NCBI GenBank assembly: GCA_023264495.1
Contig: JAHFMM010000001.1
Span: 1-55,949, forward strand
Length of the DNA stretch: 55,949 nt
Origin: a bacterium
Lineage (GTDB): Bacteria; Patescibacteriota; Minisyncoccia; Phycocordibacterales; Phycocordibacteraceae
Direction of reading: 5' to 3'
A program made the translations under genes and the position numbers. Positions 46,443-55,630 of this stretch are shown here, piece after piece (position 1 is the stretch's first letter; the number at the start of each line of letters is the position of its first letter). Under the pieces are notes generated by a model that ran no database searches, was not told where the DNA came from, and worked only from the letters and a program-made list of their open reading frames with translations.

Positions 46443-47693
46443 ATGCTCATCCGCGACGCATTCAAGACCGCTCTGCGCAGCCTCATGCACGGCATGATGC
46501 GTTCCGTCCTCACGATGCTTGGTGTCGTCATTGGCATCGCCTCGGTGATTATTCTTATGTCGATCGGACAGTCGGCGCAAGACCTCATCCTCAATCAGGT
46601 GCAGAGCATCGGGAGCGATCTTATCATCATCACGCCCGGCGCACCGGCAAACGGCAAGTTCTCGCCGCCAGCCTCGGCACAGGGCATCATTGTTACGAGC
46701 TTGAAACAAAACGATGTCGATGCACTCCAGAGGGAGCCGGCGATTCTCTATGCTGTGCCGGAGGTCCGCGGACAGGCCGATGTGGTTTATGGGAACAACA
46801 TTGTGACCGAGGGCTACACAGGGAGCACGCAGGACTTCTTCTTAGTCAGCAATCTTGCCGCGACCGCGAAGGGTCAGCCCTTCGCTAAGAGCGATGTCGA
46901 TTCTGGCAATCATGTCGTCGTCATCGGGCCGGATCTCGCGACGACCTTGTTTGGCGCGAATGTCGACCCCATCAATAAGACGATACGGGTCAAAAACATC
47001 TCCTTCCGCGTTGTTGGGGTCTTAGGCAAGAGCGGGATGGGAGCGTTCGGCGTCGATATTGGCAATCTCGTCGTGATGCCGATTACGGTCGCGCAGACAC
47101 AACTCCTCGGCACCAACTTTTTCAACGTCATCGTCACGCAGGCGAATGCGAGCTACACGATCGACTTCGTGAAGTCGCGGATAGCCTTCACCTTAGAACA
47201 GAATCATGGTATCCATGACTCGAACAAAGACGATTTCAATATAGAGACGCAAGCCGATATCTTGTCTCTGCTCGGCAACATCACCTCGATCCTCACGCTC
47301 TTCTTGGCGGCCATCGCTTCAATCTCGCTTATCGTCGGCGGTATTGGGATCATGAACATCATGCTTGTCTCGGTGACCGAACGCACGCGCGAAATCGGGC
47401 TGCGTAAGGCGGTCGGTGCGACCGATAGCGATATCCTCAAGCAATTCTTAATAGAATCGATTCTACTCACCTCGGCAGGGGGCGTGATCGGTATCGCGCT
47501 TGGCGCTGCAGTCGTCGGTATCGTCTACGAAGCGCTCACGACTTTCGCCTCGATCGGATGGGTATTCGCCTTCCCAATCTCGTCAGTAGCGCTCAGTCTC
47601 GCCGTCTCCGGCGTGGCAGGTATCGCTTTCGGCATCTATCCGGCGCGCCAAGCGAGCAAGAAGAATCCGATTGACGCCTTACGCTACGAGTAA
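46443..47693 (+). CDS. ABC transporter permease (MacB/FtsX type)
   Basis: MacB_PCD-like periplasmic domain plus FtsX-like C-terminal helices. Confidence 0.9.
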   Translation: MLIRDAFKTALRSLMHGMMRSVLTMLGVVIGIASVIILMSIGQSAQDLILNQVQSIGSDLIIITPGAPANGKFSPPASAQGIIVTSLKQNDVDALQREPAILYAVPEVRGQADVVYGNNIVTEGYTGSTQDFFLVSNLAATAKGQPFAKSDVDSGNHVVVIGPDLATTLFGANVDPINKTIRVKNISFRVVGVLGKSGMGAFGVDIGNLVVMPITVAQTQLLGTNFFNVIVTQANASYTIDFVKSRIAFTLEQNHGIHDSNKDDFNIETQADILSLLGNITSILTLFLAAIASISLIVGGIGIMNIMLVSVTERTREIGLRKAVGATDSDILKQFLIESILLTSAGGVIGIALGAAVVGIVYEALTTFASIGWVFAFPISSVALSLAVSGVAGIAFGIYPARQASKKNPIDALRYE

Positions 47694-47793
47694 TTCTCAA
47701 CGCCTGTTGTACACAGGCCGTCTCCCAAGTAAGAAAAGAACAGTCATACTATAAGAAGCGGATTACTGCCGCTTTAATCATCTCCTACACTAC

Positions 47794-48033
47794 ATGAAGG
47801 CATTGCACGGTATCTCATTTGTGCTTCTCGTTATCGGCGGTCTCAACTGGGGCCTTATCGCTATCGGGTATTGGATGGGCAGCGACTGGAATGTCGTGAA
47901 GGCAATTCTCGGTTCGGTGCCGGCAGTCGAAAATATCGTCTATCTGCTCGTCGGTCTCTCAGCGCTCTCGCTCGCGTTCTCACACAAGAGCGACTGCCGC
48001 GCGTGCGGCGCCTCGATGGGGCAGTCGATGTAA
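47794..48033 (+). CDS. DUF378 family membrane protein
   Basis: VIGGLNWGLIAI...YLLVGLSAL pattern. Confidence 0.75.
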   Translation: MKALHGISFVLLVIGGLNWGLIAIGYWMGSDWNVVKAILGSVPAVENIVYLLVGLSALSLAFSHKSDCRACGASMGQSM

Positions 48034-48073
48034 TTCTGAAATTACATACGGCGCGGCATAGCCGCATCAATAC

Positions 48074-48096
48074 AGCGCCGGCCCTTGGCCGGCGCT
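48074..48096. repeat. variant of hairpin 1 of the 80-nt double-hairpin repeat (partial copy C)
   Basis: AGCGCCGGCC-CTT-GGCCGGCGCT. Confidence 0.55.
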
Positions 48097-48148
48097 GTTC
48101 GCAAACTGAGGGTTGCGACAGGCTGTTCTTGGTAGGTGAACAATCCAT

Positions 48149-48189
48149 TATCCCCACACCAGGCTTGCACGCCCGCGCGAAGCGCGGGC
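48149..48189. repeat. hairpin-2 half of the 80-nt double-hairpin repeat (partial copy C)
   Basis: TATCCCCACACCAGGCTTGCACGCCCGCGCGAAGCGCGGGC, identical to the corresponding part of copy A. Confidence 0.75.
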
Positions 48190-48194
48190 TATTT

Positions 48195-48557
48195 TCAGCT
48201 GACGACCCCTTCTGGGAAGGGCGGATAGGTTGTGTCGACATAGGTGCGAATGGTCTCCTCGTCTTTCGGTGCGTCGACCGATGCTGTTTCCCACACGAGC
48301 GGCAATTCGAGACTGAAATAATCATGTGCGGCCCAATCGCGCATACCAGCCATTTCTCTCCAGGGGACATCAACGCGCGCACGCGTCTCTTCTGACACTT
48401 TCTTGGCGAGCTGACCGATAACTTCAAGTTGCATGATGACCGCGCTTTGAGTCTTCTGGTCAGAAAGAAAAGCGGTTTCATTCATGCCGGCGATAAATGC
48501 GCTGATCTTCCCGAATGAGTCCAGCATTAGTCGGAGATATGCTGAGTCATCCTTCAT
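48195..48557 (-). CDS. hepT: HepT-like (DUF86) ribonuclease toxin
   Basis: RX4HXY-type motif (MRDWAAHDY). Overlaps the upstream MNT gene. Confidence 0.85.
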   Translation of the reverse strand: MKDDSAYLRLMLDSFGKISAFIAGMNETAFLSDQKTQSAVIMQLEVIGQLAKKVSEETRARVDVPWREMAGMRDWAAHDYFSLELPLVWETASVDAPKDEETIRTYVDTTYPPFPEGVVS

Positions 48558-48840
48558 ACAGCGGTCGAAGGTCGCGGTAGATCGAATCGCGGAAGTATGG
48601 GATAATCGATCCCTCAGAAACCACGTCCACAGGGCGGTTTAGTCGTTCAGTAAGCATCTCGCGTAGCCCAACGTAATCACGCAATGACGCATGATCGCGA
48701 TACACAACGAGTACGTCTATATCGCTGTCCGGCCGCGCCGCGCCGCGCGCGAAGGAACCAAAGATATGCGCACGCTTCACGCCATATTTCTCGAATACGG
48801 GTCTCGCTTTTCTTGCAATATCTTCTATTGTTGGCTGCAT
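48547..48840 (-). CDS. mntA: MNT-type nucleotidyltransferase antitoxin
   Basis: FGSFARGAARPDSDIDVLV motif. The ATG at 48840 was chosen, with TGGTATAAT 6 nt upstream. Confidence 0.85.
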   Translation of the reverse strand: MQPTIEDIARKARPVFEKYGVKRAHIFGSFARGAARPDSDIDVLVVYRDHASLRDYVGLREMLTERLNRPVDVVSEGSIIPYFRDSIYRDLRPLYEG

Positions 48841-48868
48841 GCGCGCATTATACCATATGCTACAACAT

Positions 48869-48948
48869 AGCGCCGGCCGCTTTGCGGCCGGCGCTACGCT
48901 TGCGCTATCCCCACACCAGGCTTGCACGCCCGCGCGAAGCGCGGGCGT
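48869..48948. repeat. 80-nt double-hairpin repeat, copy A
   Basis: AGCGCCGGCCGCTTTGCGGCCGGCGCT...GCCCGCGCGAAGCGCGGGC. Identical to copy B except for the inverted loop of hairpin 2. Confidence 0.8.
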
Positions 48949-49012
48949 TATTCTACACGTATCCAATATTCTCCCTGCTACAATGGTCGACAAATATGGT
49001 ATGCTGAAGATA

Positions 49013-49243
49013 ATGAAAAATATCATTCAGTACCGCATCTTTAAGGGTGACAAATACTATGTCGCCGAGGGTTTGGATTTGCCGGTAGTTACGCAGGGCA
49101 AGACGCTCGATGAGCTTGCGAAGAATATCCAAGAAGCCACAGAGCTCTGTCTCGAAGGTGAGAATCCCGCCGACTTCGGTCTTGCACCGGCCTCTCCACT
49201 GTTCGTCAACTTCGAGTTGCCCCGCAGTTTCTCGCATGCCTAA
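49013..49243 (+). CDS. hicB: HicB-family antitoxin
   Basis: YRIFKGDKYYVAEGLDLPVVTQGKTLDELAKNIQEA. ATG 49013 is preferred because TGGTATGCT lies 7 nt upstream; ATG 49001 is also possible. Confidence 0.75.
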   Translation: MKNIIQYRIFKGDKYYVAEGLDLPVVTQGKTLDELAKNIQEATELCLEGENPADFGLAPASPLFVNFELPRSFSHA

Positions 49244-49484
49244 GCCGAAGATTCTCGCCGGGCAAGATATCGTACATATTTTCGAGAGCTTTGGATTCTC
49301 TGTAGTCGATCAACGGGGAAGCCATATCAAACTTCGTCGCGTTGTTGTAGACGGCTTGCGCGAAACGTTTACCGTGCCTAATCACAAAGAACTCGATCGC
49401 GGAACTATTGTCTCGCTGTACAGGCAAGCCTCGCGCTACATTCCAGAGTCCGAACTTCGGCCACATTTCTATAACCACAAATGA
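49236..49484 (+). CDS. hicA: HicA-family mRNA interferase toxin
   Basis: ESFGFSVVDQRGSHIKL...TVPNHKELDRGTI. Its start overlaps the hicB stop. Confidence 0.85.
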   Translation: MPKPKILAGQDIVHIFESFGFSVVDQRGSHIKLRRVVVDGLRETFTVPNHKELDRGTIVSLYRQASRYIPESELRPHFYNHK

Positions 49485-49502
49485 AAAGGGTTTCTTAGAC
49501 AG

Positions 49503-49582
49503 AGCGCCGGCCGCTTTGCGGCCGGCGCTACGCTTGCGCTATCCCCACACCAGGCTTGCACGCCCGCGCTTCGCGCGGGCGT
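49503..49582. repeat. 80-nt double-hairpin repeat, copy B
   Basis: Same 80 nt as copy A, with hairpin-2 loop TTC instead of GAA. Confidence 0.8.
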
Positions 49583-49603
49583 ACATAGTATACTGAGCCT
49601 ATC

Positions 49604-52600
49604 TTGAAGCAGTATTACACTCATCCTGTTACGGTCGCTTGTCTCGCTCTTATTGCGAGCGTTGGGAGCTTCTTCATCTATCAGAGTCTCGTCTCCGCAG
49701 CATCGTTTAACTTTATACAAGAGGGTTGGACAGGCGGTGTAACCAGCACTACCGCATATCACGGTACGAGCCCTCAACCAAACAATCAAACAGGGTGGAC
49801 CAAATTCTCTGCCACATCAACTCTGATGACCGTCGGTTCCACCGTGGCACTCACTCCTGTTGCGATGTCGTTCACCGATGATGGCACAGTCTCGACCACA
49901 TCGGCGAACTCGTCGCTCCCCAACTCAGCAAGTGGCGGAACCTTTGGATCGGGTACAAACTCATCAACAGCGATAACCGGTTCTGGAAGCGGAGCGAGTA
50001 TTACATTAACACCAGCAGGCACGCAAGCAGAATGCAACGCTCTCGCTACAAGTACGGGATCGGTCGTTGCATCCCTCTCGAGCGGTTATTGTTATATTCA
50101 ATTTAATTCATCGGGCACCTTTATCCCAACTGTTCCACTCAGCGTTGACTATCTTGTGGTGGGTGGCGGTGGTACTGGCGGGACATATGGCGGTGCCTTC
50201 GGGCCTGGTGGCGGTGGTGGCGCGGGAGGCTTTCTTTCTGGAGCAACAAGTACAACAGCGGTAACCTATACGGTAGTCGTCGGCGCACCAGCAGCGACAT
50301 CATCTATTTCCTTCAATCAAGGAACAATACAAGCTTATGCAGGCGGTGCCGGAGGCAGTGACAGAGGCGGTGCCGGAGGATCGGGTGGTGGTGCTGGAGG
50401 TGGCAAAACTAATCATACTGGTGGGGCAGGCACTTCAGGTCAAGGGAATAATGGTGGGGCAACCACTAACTGTCATTCCGGGGGTAATGGTTACTCTGCC
50501 GGAGCGGGCGGTGGCGGCGCGAATGCAGTGGGTGGTGATTCTAAGACTGACGCTCAAGGCGGTGGCGGTGGCGCTGGAGGAGCAGGAAAGGAGTGGCCAA
50601 CAGGGTCAGGAAATTATTATGCCGGTGGTGGCGGTGGTGGTGGCTATCCAAACACAACTTACTGCAGTGTCGCCGGGCCGGTAGGGTTAGGCGGTATAGG
50701 TGGAGGAGGGGGTGGTAGTAGTTCAACTACACCGTCCACCATAGGCACTCCAAATACTGGAGGTGGCGGAGGAAGCGGGTCAAGGCTTGGTGGTTCTGGC
50801 GTCGTTATCATTAGATATGCAGATGCACCAGTTTCTGGCACGTTCACTTCTGCTGTCATAAATCTTGGCAGTAAGACGGACTTCACCAGCAAAACATTTA
50901 CTTGGACAGATAACGCACAAGGGACTATCACGATGCGCGTGCGTGCGGCGGACAATAGCGGTATGAACTCCGGTTTGGTTGATTGGCAGACCATTGCTAA
51001 AGACGGCAGACTCGACTTGCTGACAAACTCTATTCAGGGAAAGCAATACATTCAATATGAAGCAACCTTGATTTCGGGGGCCGTTCTCAATAATGTTACC
51101 GTCAACTACAATCAATACCCCGCAACAGGGAGTCTGACGTCCTCGGTGTACGACACGCAGGACTCGACCAATGTGCCATCGAGCGTTGCATGGGCGACAA
51201 GCGGTACAGGGAGCGACGAGACAATCAAGCTTCAGGTGCGTACCTCTGCTGACGGAAATACATGGACCTCGTGGTGCGGAGCGTCCGCATGCAACGACAC
51301 CGATACTTTTACCTCTTCTCCGGGTACTATTAGCTCAAGCCACCCCCTCATCACTGATAGTATTGCCGACCGCTATATCCAATACAAAGCACTCTTCACC
51401 TCGAGCGGGGATGCGACGCTTACGCTCACCTCGGTCTCCCTTTCTTATGTGATCAACGTTGCTCCTGACGTAACGAATGTTACAGCGGTGCAGGGGAGTA
51501 CTAGCCTGGTAACGGTCGGCTATAATGTCGCCGACACCGACACTTCTACGGGAGTTGTTGATGTGACGCTCCAATACTGTCCAACAGGATTAACGTGTAC
51601 TCAGAACAGCGATACTAATTGGGTAAATGCAACGGCTGTTACCGGGCATGTTGGCACAGGAGTCGCGCTTGGCACCAGCAAGACCATAACGTGGACACCC
51701 GCGACTGATTACAGCAATCAATACAATTCCGGAGAGAAGATACGCGTCAAAGCGAGCGATCGCGAACTCGCTAATGCCTATGGGTACGGCATATCATCAT
51801 CTTTCACGCTCGACACGGCGGTACCCGTTATCACGGTCGCTACGCTCGATTCCTCAGCAACACCTGATAGGGTGAACATCACCGCCACGGATAATTCAAC
51901 AATCACCTACAGTCTCTGCAACGCATCCAACTTCACCGGGTGCGACACATGGCTCACGATCGATTCAGGTGTCGCGACCTCTTCTGCGTGGTCGGCAACT
52001 GGCTCTCCCAACGCTGAGACGGTATACATCAAAGTCCGCGATGCATACGGCAATGTGTCTACCAATATCACGAGTGTGACGGCTCCCGCAACCCCAGCAA
52101 GCTTCCTTAATGCCGACATCTCGAACCCGGCGGCGCAGTCATATGGCGAGGCCTTGAGCTGGTTGGTTGTTACAAATGCAGCTTCATACAAGGTGTACTA
52201 TGCGACGACGACAGCGGCCAGTACGGTGCCATCGGCGTCGGCGTACACATTGCTCGCAAGCCCGACGTCGAACATTTATTCACACAACATAACTACTGCG
52301 ACCTCATCTGCGTATTGGTATAAGGTTGCCGCAATAAATACGAATGGCGATATTTCAAACTTCACCACTATGGCGACAGGAGACGTGCCCGACAGCTACG
52401 GCACCCAGCTTCCTGACTCTGCGGCGCCGGTCATTACCGCAAGCTCCGTCGCTATCTCAAGCAACACACTCAAGAGTACCTCGGCAACCATCACTTTCAC
52501 CACTGATGAGATCGCGAGTTCCACCATTCGTTACTCATCAGCTATAGAGCACTCCCCGACCCCAGACGATACCTGTGCGTATGATCATTTTGCGTACTCT

Positions 52601-54796
52601 GGTAGCACCTACGTTACATCTCATAGTGTCTCCCTCACCAGTCTTACACCAAACACCGACTATTACTTCTGCATCTCTGCTGCTGATGCAGTGGGGAATA
52701 CGACAAGTCCAACACAAAACGCTTCTTATGGTACTTTCACATTCCACACCACAAGCGGACCAATCGTCTCAGGTGTTACTGATCAGAATACGGCCGGCAA
52801 TTCGACCACTATCTTCTGGAATACCTCTGTCGCGGCGGACTCGCATGCGTATTACTCGATGAGCAACACGCTCGCGAACCCTACCGTGAAGGGTACTGCC
52901 GATCTCGTTACGACTGCCGCTTCGCCCGGCGTCTATCAGCATCAAGTCGGCCTCTCGGGCCTCACGTCAGGTGTGAAATATTACTACTACGTTACCTCGA
53001 CCGATACTGATGGCAACACGACGACCGACAACAATAATGGCGCCTATTATAACTTCACAACCACGACCGATACGACCGCTCCTGCCATTTCGAATATCAC
53101 CACCCCCGTTCTTTCCGCTACAGCAGCTGTGATCACATGGCAGACCGACGAGCCGGCGACGAGCCAGATTACTTGGGGTACGGCGAGCGGCGCGCTCACT
53201 CGCACGACCGTCCTCGACTCAACAGCCTCGATTTACCACATCGTAACGCTCTCAAGCGCGACAAATGATACAACGAGCGCTATGCAAGTACTCACTGCTT
53301 CGACCCCGTATTACTACAAGGTCTTCTCAGCTGATACTACGGGCAATCAAGCATCTTCGACTGAAAAAACCCTCACGACTCCCTCGTCAGGTGACGTTAC
53401 TATCGTTGCAGGCGGCGGCGGCTCGGGCGGAGCGGGTTCAGGCTCGACCTCAGATGCAAATGCAGCGAAGATTATCAGTGCAACGGTCGACAATATCACC
53501 GCTTTCGGCGCTGATGTGAAGGTTACGACCGATAAAGATACGGTTACGACGATTAGTTATGGACCGACAGCTGTATACGGATCGAGCGTAGGGACGACGC
53601 TCTTCTCCGCATCAAAGACCATTTCGCTCTCGAATCTTACTGAGGGTACCACCTACCATTACCAAGTCATCGTATTCGATAAGGCCGGACACACGACCTC
53701 GTCTGGCGACCAGACATTTGATACCACGTTCGCTTCTGAAGCGCTCGACAACCTCATGACGCTTAGTAATGCCGCCGCCATCCAGAATAAACTCCAAGAC
53801 CTCATCCAGTCGGCACTCCCATCGCTCGCGCCGCCATTCATTACATCGCCCGTCGTGAGCTCGACAACCGAGAGTTCCGCAACCATTACCTGGAATACCA
53901 ACGTGAAAACGATGGGAACGCTCCGCTATGCGACCGCCGCTGACTACGCGGCGAATAAAGATTACACGACTGAAGTCTCGGCTGATCCGGTTGACTCGAT
54001 GGCGGTCGCACATGCGGTGGGTCTCGCCGCACTCACCCCGAACACGCTCTACCACTTCCAGGCGCGCTCCTATGTCTTCCCGCAAGTAGTTGGTTCAAGC
54101 CCAGACATAACCTTCTCGACGAGAGCCGCCGCTATCAGTCCGAATATCGTTGCAGTAAAGAATAACGGATTCACGGTCGTTTGGCAGTCTGCTGATCCGA
54201 CCTCCTCTATCGTGAATTACAAGAACGTGACAACCGGCCAAAGCGCAGTCCTCACCGACGAGACCAAGACCTCCTATCACAGTGTCGAGATCAAGGACCT
54301 TCCTTCAGGGGCCACCTATACCGTCTTTGTCTCCGGTAAGAACGCAAACGGCAATACTGCCGGTTCCGATCAGCCGATCAGCGTTACGACGAGTGTCGAC
54401 CTCACTCCGCCGGTCATCAGTAACTTCAAGGTTGATAATGCGCTTATCCCTGGCCGCGCCGACTTGATCCAGACCGTTGTCGGGTGGCAGACCGACAAGC
54501 TCGCGAACTCGACGGTCTATTATGAAGAAGGGGCGGGTAGCCAGAATGCGACCTCGACCGAGCTTAAGAACAAGACCGAATCGCTCGATGTCTACTCCAC
54601 GTCGCACGTCATGATCCTCGCCAGCCTCAAGCCAGGTACGGTCTACCGCATCAAGATCGTCTCGACTGATCAGAGCGGTAACACCAAGACCTTCGGCCCT
54701 ACCAGTATCATCACGCCGCAACAGACTCAGTCAGTCCTCGATATCATCGTCAAGAACTTCGCCGACACCTTCAGCTTCCTTGGGGCAGGGCAGTAA
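49604..54796 (+). CDS. giant (1730 aa) N-terminally anchored surface protein with a glycine-rich domain, Ig-like region and seven FN3/PAP-N-like repeats
   Basis: Single uninterrupted ORF with a hydrophobic N-terminus and a VDYLVVGGGG...GGSGVVIIRY Gly-rich block. Repeated units resemble xTITWxT...Y.Y.V...D..GN. The apparent start is TTG. Confidence 0.85.
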   Translation: MKQYYTHPVTVACLALIASVGSFFIYQSLVSAASFNFIQEGWTGGVTSTTAYHGTSPQPNNQTGWTKFSATSTLMTVGSTVALTPVAMSFTDDGTVSTTSANSSLPNSASGGTFGSGTNSSTAITGSGSGASITLTPAGTQAECNALATSTGSVVASLSSGYCYIQFNSSGTFIPTVPLSVDYLVVGGGGTGGTYGGAFGPGGGGGAGGFLSGATSTTAVTYTVVVGAPAATSSISFNQGTIQAYAGGAGGSDRGGAGGSGGGAGGGKTNHTGGAGTSGQGNNGGATTNCHSGGNGYSAGAGGGGANAVGGDSKTDAQGGGGGAGGAGKEWPTGSGNYYAGGGGGGGYPNTTYCSVAGPVGLGGIGGGGGGSSSTTPSTIGTPNTGGGGGSGSRLGGSGVVIIRYADAPVSGTFTSAVINLGSKTDFTSKTFTWTDNAQGTITMRVRAADNSGMNSGLVDWQTIAKDGRLDLLTNSIQGKQYIQYEATLISGAVLNNVTVNYNQYPATGSLTSSVYDTQDSTNVPSSVAWATSGTGSDETIKLQVRTSADGNTWTSWCGASACNDTDTFTSSPGTISSSHPLITDSIADRYIQYKALFTSSGDATLTLTSVSLSYVINVAPDVTNVTAVQGSTSLVTVGYNVADTDTSTGVVDVTLQYCPTGLTCTQNSDTNWVNATAVTGHVGTGVALGTSKTITWTPATDYSNQYNSGEKIRVKASDRELANAYGYGISSSFTLDTAVPVITVATLDSSATPDRVNITATDNSTITYSLCNASNFTGCDTWLTIDSGVATSSAWSATGSPNAETVYIKVRDAYGNVSTNITSVTAPATPASFLNADISNPAAQSYGEALSWLVVTNAASYKVYYATTTAASTVPSASAYTLLASPTSNIYSHNITTATSSAYWYKVAAINTNGDISNFTTMATGDVPDSYGTQLPDSAAPVITASSVAISSNTLKSTSATITFTTDEIASSTIRYSSAIEHSPTPDDTCAYDHFAYSGSTYVTSHSVSLTSLTPNTDYYFCISAADAVGNTTSPTQNASYGTFTFHTTSGPIVSGVTDQNTAGNSTTIFWNTSVAADSHAYYSMSNTLANPTVKGTADLVTTAASPGVYQHQVGLSGLTSGVKYYYYVTSTDTDGNTTTDNNNGAYYNFTTTTDTTAPAISNITTPVLSATAAVITWQTDEPATSQITWGTASGALTRTTVLDSTASIYHIVTLSSATNDTTSAMQVLTASTPYYYKVFSADTTGNQASSTEKTLTTPSSGDVTIVAGGGGSGGAGSGSTSDANAAKIISATVDNITAFGADVKVTTDKDTVTTISYGPTAVYGSSVGTTLFSASKTISLSNLTEGTTYHYQVIVFDKAGHTTSSGDQTFDTTFASEALDNLMTLSNAAAIQNKLQDLIQSALPSLAPPFITSPVVSSTTESSATITWNTNVKTMGTLRYATAADYAANKDYTTEVSADPVDSMAVAHAVGLAALTPNTLYHFQARSYVFPQVVGSSPDITFSTRAAAISPNIVAVKNNGFTVVWQSADPTSSIVNYKNVTTGQSAVLTDETKTSYHSVEIKDLPSGATYTVFVSGKNANGNTAGSDQPISVTTSVDLTPPVISNFKVDNALIPGRADLIQTVVGWQTDKLANSTVYYEEGAGSQNATSTELKNKTESLDVYSTSHVMILASLKPGTVYRIKIVSTDQSGNTKTFGPTSIITPQQTQSVLDIIVKNFADTFSFLGAGQ

Positions 54797-54808
54797 CAGA
54801 TGAAACAG

Positions 54809-54838
54809 AAAACCCGTCCGCGCATGCGGACGGGTTTT
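54809..54838. terminator. bidirectional terminator between the giant gene and tRNA-Ser
   Basis: AAAACCCGTCCGC-GCAT-GCGGACGGGTTTT. Confidence 0.7.
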
Positions 54839-54843
54839 CTCTT

Positions 54844-54933
54844 TGGCGGAGACGGTGGGATTCGAACCCACGGGGGCATTTCTGCCCCGCCTCGTTAGCA
54901 GTGAGGTACTTTCGACCACTCAGCCACGTCTCC
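54844..54933 (-). tRNA. tRNA-Ser(GCU): tRNA-Ser (anticodon GCU) with a long variable arm and encoded CCA
   Basis: Hand fold: acceptor GGAGACG/CGTCTCC, anticodon loop CTGCTAA, variable arm GGGGC-AGAAAT-GCCCC, T arm GTGGG-TTCGAAT-CCCAC, 3' GCCA. Confidence 0.9.
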
Positions 54934-54986
54934 GTGGAGATAGAATATCACAAGACTTACTAACGTGCCTGCTTCTCAGGCGTTTT

Positions 54987-55613
54987 TCAATGCGAAAGAG
55001 CGATAGGGATGATATGTTTTGCGCCCGCGGCAGTCAGCGCATCGATACCTGCTTGGAGCGTGGCGCCGGTCGTGAGGACGTCATCAATGATGATATACGT
55101 CGTTTCCGGATAGAGGACATGCGCGGCGCCGAAGGCGCCGCGCATGTTCGCTTCTCGCTCCGCACGCGGGAGTGAGACTTGCGACACGGTCTCACGGACG
55201 CGAGAAAGAATATTTGCGTGCAGGACAATGCGAGACATGCCTTCTGCGCCAAGCACACCAAGAGCGCATCGTGCCACTTCTTCGGTCTGATTAAATCCGC
55301 GCGTCTTACGCCGGAGCTTCCCGAGCGGTATGGGTATGAGCGTTCCTGCCTGCACGTCCTCGTCAAGATCGCGCAGGTATTCGGCGAGAACGCCGCCAAG
55401 AAGAGTGATGGCGCGGCGATTCCCATGATATTTTGCTTCATGCATGAGAGATGCCACCATCGGATCAGAGAATGAGAGAAGCGTTACCGTCCCCGGCCGT
55501 GTTGCCGGAGAGAGTTGCGGCGAGACACGGCTCGATACGTCATCTTCGGTCGCCTGGCGGACCGCAAGCTCGTCCACACGAGGAGGGAAGAGAAGGTCAA
55601 GGAAGCGCTTCAT
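54987..55613 (-). CDS. comF: ComF-family phosphoribosyltransferase-fold protein
   Basis: PRTase motif IIIDDVLTTGATL. The ATG at 55613 was chosen. The N-terminus lacks the usual Cys pairs. Confidence 0.8.
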   Translation of the reverse strand: MKRFLDLLFPPRVDELAVRQATEDDVSSRVSPQLSPATRPGTVTLLSFSDPMVASLMHEAKYHGNRRAITLLGGVLAEYLRDLDEDVQAGTLIPIPLGKLRRKTRGFNQTEEVARCALGVLGAEGMSRIVLHANILSRVRETVSQVSLPRAEREANMRGAFGAAHVLYPETTYIIIDDVLTTGATLQAGIDALTAAGAKHIIPIALSH

Positions 55614-55630
55614 GGTAGTATTATTCTCAC

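Noticed and set aside
48055-49602. The 80-nt repeats as integron attC sites, or as a CRISPR array
   Set aside because: There is no integrase or attI in the window, and I could not find the RYYYAAC/GTTRRRY core sites. The two cassettes are in opposite orientations. There are only 2.5 copies, with gene-sized, unequal spacing, so this is not CRISPR. I kept it as an unexplained repeat family.
50144-50818. The glycine-rich stretch as non-coding simple-sequence DNA or an assembly artefact
   Set aside because: It lies in one uninterrupted frame continuous with clearly protein-like flanks, and it contains conserved non-Gly islands. The alternative-frame ORFs there (50337..50684 +, 50659..50994 -) are shadow ORFs.
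54844-54933. tRNA-Ser as a pseudogene because of an A-C mismatch at the base of the anticodon stem (positions 31-39)
   Set aside because: All other stems, the 7-nt anticodon loop, the long variable arm and the T-loop TTCGAAT are intact. A single 31-39 mismatch is common in functional tRNAs.
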